A DNA stretch of 36,954 nucleotides from a virus (Duplodnaviria > Caudoviricetes), in IMG/VR virus record IMGVR_UViG_3300012920_000109, positions 1 through 36,954 of that record; one strand, written 5' to 3'. How positions within the stretch are numbered: position 1 is the first letter of the stretch; every line of letters begins with the position of its first letter. Positions 1 through 7,748 of this stretch are shown piece by piece. A program made the position numbers and the translations under genes. The notes below the pieces were generated by a model. The model had not been told where the DNA came from. It was given only the letters and a program-made list of their open reading frames with translations, and did no database searches.

Positions 1-1
1 T

Positions 2-2557
2 AGACTTGATAATGGTGCTAGAACAGAAGTCTTCCATTATCCTTACAATAGCAGCGTTGTAAACTTTAATTCAACTCCAACTGTTTCAGGAAGTACTGTT
101 TGGCACGCTGGTAATGATGGATCTGGTTCTGGACTTGATGCAGATAATCTTGATGGTTATACTTGGAATTCCTCGGGTAAAGATATTCGTGGTACTGAAA
201 TTTATGCAGATAATTGGTTCCGTAACTATAACGCTAATGAAGGTCTTTATAACCAAGCAACAGGAGCACATTGGTATTCAAGTGCAGATGGATATTGGGA
301 ATTAACTGGAAATACTCAAAATCAATCCACTAACTTGAGATTCCGTGGAACATTTAATGGAAACACTGAAGGATGGATTCATTCAAATGGTTCTGGATGG
401 TTTGGTTTCTTAAATACTGGAGGACAATGGGCACTAAGACATTATAATCCTGATGGATATTCTCCAAACTGGTATTTTGATGAAAGTGGAAATGAAACTT
501 GGACTGGAAATACAGGAAATGATCAAGGTAAGATTGAATATCATTCAAATCGTTTCTACATTGTTTCTGGTGCAAACTCTACAGAAGTTGTAAGATTTAG
601 AAGATCTGGTACTAACGTAGCTTATATTGATAATAGTGGAAATATGTATCTGACATCCAGCAGTCATAAAGTCTGGACTGCAGGTAATGATGGATCTGGA
701 TCTGGTTTAGATGCAGATGTTATTGATGGAATTGATTCTTCTAGAATAATTTACGGTGAAAATTCAACTGGTACTGATTCTCCAAGTAATTGGAACTCAT
801 TCCTGAAGTCTGGATTCCATAACCGTTACAATGCAACCGGATCTCCAAGTGGTACTTGGTATAATATGATTAACTGCAGGCATACTAATACTGGTAATAA
901 TTATCAGATGCAGATTGCAGGAAGTTTCTATTCTTCAAGTGATTTCTATTATAGATTAATTAATAATAATTCTCCATCATCTTGGTATAAGATCTGGCAC
1001 TCTGGTAATGATGGATCTGGTTCTGGACTTGATGCAGATTTACTGGATGGTCTACAACTTCATACTGGAAGAAATAACTCTGCCAATAGAGTTGTAAGAA
1101 CTGATGGTAGTGGATATATTCAAGCGGGTTGGATTAACACAACCTCTGGAACTTCAAATAGAACATTACCAAATAAATTCTATGGATCTAATGATAATTA
1201 TCTCCGTTATTATACAAGAGATTACACCAAGGCTCATTTAGGAAATACTTATAAGTATGGGAATTCTCGTCCAAATATAACAAGTGACTCCAACTATTGG
1301 GTTGGAACCATGGGATGGGGAACCACAAACATGAACAGTGTGTTCAGTTGGGGTAGTGGATTCTTTGACTCTTGGAGCAATCCAGCAAACCAACCATCGG
1401 GTACGTCTCACTGGGTTGGTGTTCAAACACTACACTATACCACTTCATCTCGTTGGTATGGTTGGCAAATGTGTGGTGGTCCAATTCAAAACCTGAGATT
1501 TAGAAGTGCATGGAATAGTCTAAGATCTTGGAGAACCATTCCTGTTCTTGATATCAATGAAGGTAATGGTGGAGCAATGTATGCTGGAAGTTACTATGAT
1601 TCCAATAATACTGGATATTATAGTAATCCTGGTGATACATCAAGAATGAATCAGGTTCGGGCGAATACTTATTACTCACCTTACGCTGGTTCTAATAGTG
1701 GACTTGGAAGAAGTTCTTATCCTTATGGATGGGGATTCCAAGAGTCTGGTGGTTGGTCTAACCCATATCCAGACCTAGTTCTCCAGTATCATACTGGTGT
1801 TACTATGGCGGCGTATCCAAACTATAATGGAATTACGTTTAAGCAGGATTATAATAGTGACACTGTAAGATTTAGAATTAATGGTGGAAGCAGTTACGCC
1901 TATAAGTATACTTGGATGTATACTAACAGTACTGGATACTATTCTGGTGACTATAGTTGGCACATAAGTCCAAATGATAGATCTTCTTATGGATCAATGA
2001 GACTTCGTGGATCCAAGAATGGTTGGTATGGAATGTGTATTGATACTGGAAACCGTCCTCACGTCATGTTTGATGGTAGTGGTAATGGTGGATTCTATAA
2101 TCAAGATGGTGGAAGATGGTCATTCTACTACAGTCATGGTAACAACTGTGTTGGTATGGTTGGTTCTACTACATCAAGTTCTTATGGACTTTATGTTAAT
2201 AAAGCAATTTACTCAACAAGTTCAATTACAGCAGCATCAGATGCTCGCGTTAAGAAAGATATTAAGACTATTGAAAATGCATTAGATAAAGTACTAAATC
2301 TACGAGGAGTATCCTTTATAAAAACAAATAGACTCGACAGTGATCCACATAATGGCAAAACTGAAATTGGTGTTATCGCACAAGAAGTCGTTGATGTTGT
2401 TCCAGAGGTTGTAACTTATGCTGAGGATGTTGATCAATATGGTGTGGATTATGGTAATTTTGCTGGACTATTCATTGAAGCAATAAAAGAACAGAATAAA
2501 GTAATAAATAGCCTTAAAGAAGAAGTTGCAGAACTTAAAAAAAGATTAGGAGAATAA
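2..2557 (+). CDS. Long tail fibre / receptor-binding protein with C-terminal peptidase S74 intramolecular chaperone (5'-truncated)
   Basis: Frame is open from base 2 (RLDNGARTEVF...), so the track's TTG start at 335 is internal. G/S/N/Y/W-rich, with three WxxGNDGSGSGLDADxxDG repeats. C-terminus SDARVKKDIKTIENALDKVLNLRGVSF...GVIAQEV...VDYG...IEAIKE plus coiled coil is S74-like. Confidence 0.9.
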   Translation, partial: RLDNGARTEVFHYPYNSSVVNFNSTPTVSGSTVWHAGNDGSGSGLDADNLDGYTWNSSGKDIRGTEIYADNWFRNYNANEGLYNQATGAHWYSSADGYWELTGNTQNQSTNLRFRGTFNGNTEGWIHSNGSGWFGFLNTGGQWALRHYNPDGYSPNWYFDESGNETWTGNTGNDQGKIEYHSNRFYIVSGANSTEVVRFRRSGTNVAYIDNSGNMYLTSSSHKVWTAGNDGSGSGLDADVIDGIDSSRIIYGENSTGTDSPSNWNSFLKSGFHNRYNATGSPSGTWYNMINCRHTNTGNNYQMQIAGSFYSSSDFYYRLINNNSPSSWYKIWHSGNDGSGSGLDADLLDGLQLHTGRNNSANRVVRTDGSGYIQAGWINTTSGTSNRTLPNKFYGSNDNYLRYYTRDYTKAHLGNTYKYGNSRPNITSDSNYWVGTMGWGTTNMNSVFSWGSGFFDSWSNPANQPSGTSHWVGVQTLHYTTSSRWYGWQMCGGPIQNLRFRSAWNSLRSWRTIPVLDINEGNGGAMYAGSYYDSNNTGYYSNPGDTSRMNQVRANTYYSPYAGSNSGLGRSSYPYGWGFQESGGWSNPYPDLVLQYHTGVTMAAYPNYNGITFKQDYNSDTVRFRINGGSSYAYKYTWMYTNSTGYYSGDYSWHISPNDRSSYGSMRLRGSKNGWYGMCIDTGNRPHVMFDGSGNGGFYNQDGGRWSFYYSHGNNCVGMVGSTTSSSYGLYVNKAIYSTSSITAASDARVKKDIKTIENALDKVLNLRGVSFIKTNRLDSDPHNGKTEIGVIAQEVVDVVPEVVTYAEDVDQYGVDYGNFAGLFIEAIKEQNKVINSLKEEVAELKKRLGE
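101..1039 (+). repeat. Three dispersed 45-bp repeats encoding W(H/T)(A/S)GNDGSGSGLDAD
   Basis: Copies at 101-145, 674-718 and 995-1039. Copies 1 and 3 differ at a single base. Confidence 0.9.
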
Positions 2558-2558
2558 A

Positions 2559-2984
2559 ATGGCACTGGTAAGAGAATATGAAGTTCCATCAACAGGTTTA
2601 GTAGCACCAAATGCATATCATGTAATCAAAAAAGTAACTACAGAAAAACGTCTTCATGATGTTCCTGCACCACCAGATCCATCCAGACCTGATGGAGTTA
2701 CTCCAAAACAACAGGGTCATGAGGTATATTGGAAAAAAGGTTATGTTGGTAGAATTAGTATAGAAATTTATACTACTAAAGATGCAAGGGATTCTGGAAA
2801 AGAACCTATAGGAGCAATTACAATTAATCCAACTGATGTTGAATTCAATGGAAATCTTTCGACAGATATTGCTGATTTTGATCTAAACTTTTTTATTGAT
2901 CCCACAAGTCAATTAAGTATTGTTGATCAAGCCTATCAGCATTTGAAAGGTTTAAAGTACTACGAGAACGCAACGGAGGGATAA
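2559..2984 (+). CDS. Hypothetical protein, probably tail-fibre associated
   Basis: 141-aa ORF with AGGAG RBS, starting just after the fibre stop. Function inferred from context only. Confidence 0.7.
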   Translation: MALVREYEVPSTGLVAPNAYHVIKKVTTEKRLHDVPAPPDPSRPDGVTPKQQGHEVYWKKGYVGRISIEIYTTKDARDSGKEPIGAITINPTDVEFNGNLSTDIADFDLNFFIDPTSQLSIVDQAYQHLKGLKYYENATEG

Positions 2985-2988
2985 TACA

Positions 2989-3753
2989 ATGACAATGTAC
3001 GCAAATATATTTTATGATCGTAATAACACTAGTTATTATGCAGATTTTGGGTCTGGTGGTGATTGTGCAAAGTTTAATGGTGAGGTTCAAATCAATGGTC
3101 CTACTGGGACAACACATTTAAATTATAATAATGATGGTGGTTATAATTATTTTAGAGCTTATGCAAATTATTTTGACCAGAATCAAACTTATATAAGAGA
3201 TTGTCGTGCATATATTTTCTATGACTGGAATAATACTAGTTACTATATGAACCCAGGAAATAGATCCATGTTCTATGAAATTATGTGGGTTGGGGCAAGA
3301 ACCAGGGCTGGTAGAGGTGGTGGTGGATCCAACTGGTTTAATATTGAATGGGCTAACCCATATGCTAGAGTATGGATTGACTGGACATTAATTGGAAACA
3401 TTGCAAGAATATCTGACCATAGATTGAAGCAGAATGTTACTCCATTGACTGATGGTGCAATTGATAGAATTATGCAGTTGAGACCAATTGAGTATGAATG
3501 GACTAATTTTACTAAAACTAATGAAGATGGAAGTACTACTCAATTAAGCGCACATGATGGCATAAGAAGAGAAGGATTTATTGCACATGAACTTCAAGAA
3601 ATTGTACCGAGTAGTGTTGAAGGTGTAAAAGATGATCCAAATGCACTACAATCATTGGAGTTTGATGGAGTTACTGCTGTAATGGTAAAAGCAATGCAAG
3701 AAATGAAAGTAAGAATGGATTCTTTAGAAGAAAGAGTAAAAAATCTTGAATAA
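2989..3753 (+). CDS. Short fibre/tip protein with S74 chaperone domain
   Basis: GGAGG RBS. Two FYDxNNTSYY motifs, then SDHRLKQNVTPLTDGAIDRIMQLRPIEYEW...GFIAHELQEIVP...VKAMQE. Confidence 0.85.
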   Translation: MTMYANIFYDRNNTSYYADFGSGGDCAKFNGEVQINGPTGTTHLNYNNDGGYNYFRAYANYFDQNQTYIRDCRAYIFYDWNNTSYYMNPGNRSMFYEIMWVGARTRAGRGGGGSNWFNIEWANPYARVWIDWTLIGNIARISDHRLKQNVTPLTDGAIDRIMQLRPIEYEWTNFTKTNEDGSTTQLSAHDGIRREGFIAHELQEIVPSSVEGVKDDPNALQSLEFDGVTAVMVKAMQEMKVRMDSLEERVKNLE

Positions 3754-3756
3754 ATA
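3750..3756 (+). promoter_or_regulatory. Putative gp55 late promoter (ATAAATA)
   Basis: Matches the T4-type late -10 box; overlaps the stop codon upstream of the ORF at 3782. Confidence 0.6.
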
Positions 3757-3781
3757 ATGTAGATATTCTACTTTGCATAAA

Positions 3782-4159
3782 ATGTCGCTAACATATACTT
3801 GGAAAATTGAAAGAATTGCTAGAAAAAGTACACCAACTATTGAAAATGCTATCGTGCAAACTCATTGGACATTAACTGGAACAAATTCTGATGGGGTATC
3901 TGGAACATTTACGGGAGCAACTCCTTTTAAATTGTCAACAGTTGACCCAACTAATTTTGTATCTTATGAAAGTTTAACTGAAGAAACAGTTCTTGAATGG
4001 ATTAAAAATGTTGTAAATTCCGATTTAAGTTATAAAGAGCATATTGAATCAAAAATCCTTGAAGAAATTGCAGATGTTACAGAACCAACTACAGAAATTA
4101 CCAGTGGATTCCCATGGCAAGATGGAGTTGATGAAGTAACTCCACCAGTGCCAAACTGA
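3782..4159 (+). CDS. Small tail-fibre-associated protein
   Basis: ATG at 3782 preferred to TTG 3773. The TYTWKI...HWTLTGT...GATPF...FVSYESLTEETVLEWI pattern is typical of small proteins following phage fibres. Confidence 0.7.
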   Translation: MSLTYTWKIERIARKSTPTIENAIVQTHWTLTGTNSDGVSGTFTGATPFKLSTVDPTNFVSYESLTEETVLEWIKNVVNSDLSYKEHIESKILEEIADVTEPTTEITSGFPWQDGVDEVTPPVPN

Positions 4160-4160
4160 C

Positions 4161-4167
4161 ATAAATA
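4161..4167 (+). promoter_or_regulatory. Putative late promoter (ATAAATA)
   Basis: Intergenic, upstream of the RBS of ORF 4202. Confidence 0.65.
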
Positions 4168-4201
4168 ATTAAGTACATTATTCCATATTAGGAGAACGAA
4201 A

Positions 4202-4435
4202 ATGACAGAACAACCACAATTGACAGAACAACAGAAGCATTTACAATCAGTAATTACTCAGTCTGAAGAATTGATGAAAGAAATTCAGGAACTGAATAAT
4301 AAATTGGGTATGAAAAGAGAGATGGCAACAAAACTACAAGGAATCTATGAGTACTTAACTGGAACTGGTGTAAAACTTCCAGAAGAAGGAGAAGGTCTAG
4401 TAGAAGATAATTTAGTAGGGGGAGATTCTGAATAA
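4202..4435 (+). CDS. Hypothetical coiled-coil protein
   Basis: AGGAG RBS; heptad-like Q/E/L pattern. Confidence 0.75.
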   Translation: MTEQPQLTEQQKHLQSVITQSEELMKEIQELNNKLGMKREMATKLQGIYEYLTGTGVKLPEEGEGLVEDNLVGGDSE

Positions 4436-4686
4436 TGAGTACGGTTAATTATTCTGTAAGTGAGTTTACCTCAGAAGATGATTATACAACTGTTACTTAT
4501 AGAAACTCTCAGGGATTTATCTATACTAGAGAAGTAAAAATACCTAGAGATGCTGAAGGTAAGTTGAATGAAGATCTTTGGAAAGAAATTCTACAAGGAC
4601 AACTTGCTGGGGTAGAATCAAAAATAGAATTGGGAGTAGCAGTCTTTAAAGATCCTAATGCGGAAGTAGACTCTGTTACTGAATAA
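4435..4686 (+). CDS. Hypothetical protein
   Basis: TAATG coupling with the previous ORF; GGAG RBS. Confidence 0.7.
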   Translation: MSTVNYSVSEFTSEDDYTTVTYRNSQGFIYTREVKIPRDAEGKLNEDLWKEILQGQLAGVESKIELGVAVFKDPNAEVDSVTE

Positions 4687-4707
4687 AAAAATTATTATCT
4701 TATACTC

Positions 4708-5703
4708 ATGGATTATTTGCATTCTCTTTCAAAAAGAGCGTTAGAAAATGGTGGGGACATTTATCCTTTAATATTGCCAGCAGAACTTACTTCTGGTACT
4801 GGATTGATGAACCCATCAATTTGTATTAATTCTGATGGAAAACTAATAGTTAATATAAGACATGTTAACTATACATTTTATCATTCAGAACAAAAACTAT
4901 ATCAACACCAATATGGTCCTTTAACATATGTTCATCCAGAGCAAGATATGCATCTTAGAACATGGAATTGGTATTGTGAATTAGATGAAAATTATCAAAT
5001 TTCAAAATTTTCTAAAATAGATACATCTAAATTTGATACCTATGAACCAATGTGGGATTTTGTTGGATTGGAAGATGCCAGAGTATTTACATGGGATAAA
5101 AAACTATACATTAGTGGTGTAAGAAGAGATACTACCACAAATGGACAAGGGCGTATGGAGTTATCAGAAATTAACGCTTCTGATAACTCTGTAAGTGAAA
5201 TCTCTAGATTTAGGATTCCACCACCAAAAGATCCAAATTCTTATTGTGAAAAAAATTGGATGCCTATTGAGGATCTTCCATATCACTATGTTAAATGGTC
5301 AAATCCAACTGAAGTTGTTAGGGTTAATCCAGAAGATGAGTCATGTGAAACAACTCATTTAAAAGATACAATTAATTTACCCAGAGATATTAGAGGTGGA
5401 TCTCAAGTAATTTCTTGGAATGATCATTATCTTGCTTTAACTCATGAAGTTTGGTTATTCAGTAGTGAAGTTGGAAGAAAGGATGCTGTATATCGACATA
5501 GATTTATCTTATGGGATAAAAATTGGAATATTGTTAAATTTTCAAATGATTTCTCTATTATGTCTGGTCATGTAGAATTTTCTATTGGAATGGTAAAGAA
5601 AGATGATGAATTTTTAGTAACCTTTGGTTTCCAAGATAATGTTGCATACTTATTAAAGGTTCCAGAAATAGTAGTTGAGGAGATGTTAAATGAAGGAAAC
5701 TAA
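4708..5703 (+). CDS. Predicted beta-propeller glycoside hydrolase/transferase-like protein (GH130/GT91-like motifs)
   Basis: Motifs MNPSI, GLEDARVF, CEKNWMP, RGGSQVI, YRHRF and VEFSIG are consistent with 5-bladed propeller carbohydrate-active enzymes. Confidence 0.6.
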   Translation: MDYLHSLSKRALENGGDIYPLILPAELTSGTGLMNPSICINSDGKLIVNIRHVNYTFYHSEQKLYQHQYGPLTYVHPEQDMHLRTWNWYCELDENYQISKFSKIDTSKFDTYEPMWDFVGLEDARVFTWDKKLYISGVRRDTTTNGQGRMELSEINASDNSVSEISRFRIPPPKDPNSYCEKNWMPIEDLPYHYVKWSNPTEVVRVNPEDESCETTHLKDTINLPRDIRGGSQVISWNDHYLALTHEVWLFSSEVGRKDAVYRHRFILWDKNWNIVKFSNDFSIMSGHVEFSIGMVKKDDEFLVTFGFQDNVAYLLKVPEIVVEEMLNEGN

Positions 5704-6943
5704 TGTTATTGATCTGGTAAAAAAATATATTGTTGATCCAAATAACGCAGAATTAAATTTTAATATCGCGGTTTGTTATGATAACATGGGACAAACAGCT
5801 TCTGCAGTTTCATATTATCTTAGAGCAGCAGAAAGAGCAGATCAAACTTTACTAAAATATGAATCATTAATTAAAGCAGCTTTATGTTTTGAAAGACAAG
5901 GATCAAGAAATTTTACTGTGAAAGGTTTAATACAACATGCTATATCAACTTGCCCAACTAGACCAGAAGCATATTTTTATCTAGGTAGACATTATGAAAG
6001 AGTTGAAGAATGGCATGAATGTTTTTTGATTGCATCTATTGGTGAAACTGTTTCAGAAAAAAATCCAGAAAGTTTAAGAACAGAATTAGATTATCCTGGA
6101 TATTATGGAATCACATTTTTAAAATCTGTGTCAAGTTGGTGGTGTGGTCTATGTGATGATTCTAGAAGAACTTTAGAAGAATTGATAAAAAATGATGAGG
6201 TTAATTTTGAGTATAGAAATTTATGTATTAGTAATTTAAGTAGGATAAGTCCTCATAGTTCATCCTCATTTGATACATATTCAGTAGAAAAATATAATTT
6301 ATATCAATTTAAATTTCCTGGACTAGAAAATATAGAAACAAATTACTCAGAATCATATCAAGATATGTTTATTCTTTCTATGTTAAATGGAAAGAAAAAC
6401 GGAACTTATCTAGAGATTGGTGCTGGTAATAGTTTTTATGGAAATAATACTGCATTACTAGAAACTAAATTTGATTGGACTGGGGTATCTTTAGATATTG
6501 AAGAAAGTTTTGTTGAGGCATTTGCAAGAGATAGAAAAAATCCATGCCTATTAAAAAATGCTCTTTATATTGACTATCATAAATTTTTAGCAGGATTAGA
6601 TTTCTTAAGTATAATTGATTATTTGCAATTAGATTGTGATCCACCAGAAATTACATATCAAATATTATTAACAATTCCTTTTGATGCTTACAAGTTTAGA
6701 GTAATTACATTTGAGCACGATTATTACACAGATACAAATAAAACTTTACAAGAGAAGTCAATTAAGTATCTAGAATCTTATGGATATGTGAGAGTAGTGA
6801 ATAATATTGCTCCAGATGATTGGAGATCTTATGAAGATTGGTGGGTACATCCAGATCTTGTAGATAAAAACATATTAGATAATATGACATGTATTAACGA
6901 TAGGGTCAAGAAGGCTGAGAAGTATATGTTAGGTTCTTTATGA
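5690..6943 (+). CDS. TPR-repeat plus FkbM-family SAM methyltransferase fusion
   Basis: N-terminal TPR-like helices (DPNNAELNFNIAVCY...AVSYYLRAAE; PTRPEAYFYLGRHYE). C-terminal YSESYQD...YLEIGAG...NNTALLE...IDYLQLDCD...ITFEHD...EDWW. Confidence 0.8.
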   Translation: MKETNVIDLVKKYIVDPNNAELNFNIAVCYDNMGQTASAVSYYLRAAERADQTLLKYESLIKAALCFERQGSRNFTVKGLIQHAISTCPTRPEAYFYLGRHYERVEEWHECFLIASIGETVSEKNPESLRTELDYPGYYGITFLKSVSSWWCGLCDDSRRTLEELIKNDEVNFEYRNLCISNLSRISPHSSSSFDTYSVEKYNLYQFKFPGLENIETNYSESYQDMFILSMLNGKKNGTYLEIGAGNSFYGNNTALLETKFDWTGVSLDIEESFVEAFARDRKNPCLLKNALYIDYHKFLAGLDFLSIIDYLQLDCDPPEITYQILLTIPFDAYKFRVITFEHDYYTDTNKTLQEKSIKYLESYGYVRVVNNIAPDDWRSYEDWWVHPDLVDKNILDNMTCINDRVKKAEKYMLGSL

Positions 6944-7719
6944 GCATACCAGTAATTGGAACTGCAGTTGTTAATAGTTCATTTTGGGTAACTAGACTTT
7001 TAATGAGTATTGATTATCCAGTAGATGAATTTGTAATTATTAATAATAATGGTAAAGGAGAACTTGATAATGATTTAGATAAACTCAAATCAATTAATCA
7101 CAAATTTGTTAATAAGATTACAGTGTGTCATATGCCCAGAAATATTGGAGTTTCTGGTGCGTGGAATTTAATAATTAAATGTTATATGAATGCTCCCTAC
7201 TGGATCATAGTAAATGATGATGTTTCATTTGGTCTTGGACTTTTAGAGGAAATGTATAATCATGCTCAAGATGATGAGATTGGATTAGTTCATGGTAATC
7301 CTGGAGACTTTAATGTTGGTAGTTGGGATTTATATTTAATTAAAGATTGGGTTATAAAAAATTATGGGTTGTTTGATGAAAATTTTTATCCCGCATACTG
7401 TGAAGATGCAGATTATATAATGAGATTTGTGCATAGACCAATTAAAAAAGTTTTATCTCTTGAAAGTAATTACTATCATGGACTTGGAAATAAAGATGAA
7501 TATTATACTCATGGAAGTCAAACAGGAAAAGCAGATCCAGAATTAAGAGCAAAACTTGATCACATTAATCTAGAAAATTTTTCTTATATGTTTGAGAAAT
7601 GGGGAGAAGGATGGAGGTATTGTAGTCCATCAGAACATCCATATGGAAAAGAAGAGATACCAATTACATATACATCTTACAATTTAGATTATGTTAGATC
7701 AAAGAATCTTGGTTTTTGA
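6940..7719 (+). CDS. Glycosyltransferase family 2 (GT-A fold)
   Basis: LLMSIDYP..FVIINN, NIGVSGAWN, IIVNDDV (DxD-like), GLFDENFYPAYCEDADY. Confidence 0.85.
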   Translation: MSIPVIGTAVVNSSFWVTRLLMSIDYPVDEFVIINNNGKGELDNDLDKLKSINHKFVNKITVCHMPRNIGVSGAWNLIIKCYMNAPYWIIVNDDVSFGLGLLEEMYNHAQDDEIGLVHGNPGDFNVGSWDLYLIKDWVIKNYGLFDENFYPAYCEDADYIMRFVHRPIKKVLSLESNYYHGLGNKDEYYTHGSQTGKADPELRAKLDHINLENFSYMFEKWGEGWRYCSPSEHPYGKEEIPITYTSYNLDYVRSKNLGF

Positions 7720-7725
7720 TAAATA
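7719..7725 (+). promoter_or_regulatory. Putative late promoter (ATAAATA)
   Basis: Immediately upstream of the 772-aa ORF. Confidence 0.65.
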
Positions 7726-7748
7726 AGATATAAAGTCTAATCATAGAA

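Noticed and set aside
335-337. TTG start of the 740-aa fibre ORF
   Set aside because: The frame is open back to base 2 and includes another fibre repeat, so the true start lies upstream of the window.
101-1039. Fibre repeats as a CRISPR array, DGR template/variable repeat or shufflon
   Set aside because: They are in-frame coding repeats with long unequal spacing. There is no adenine-specific variation, and no reverse transcriptase, Cas gene, invertase or inverted cassette in the window.
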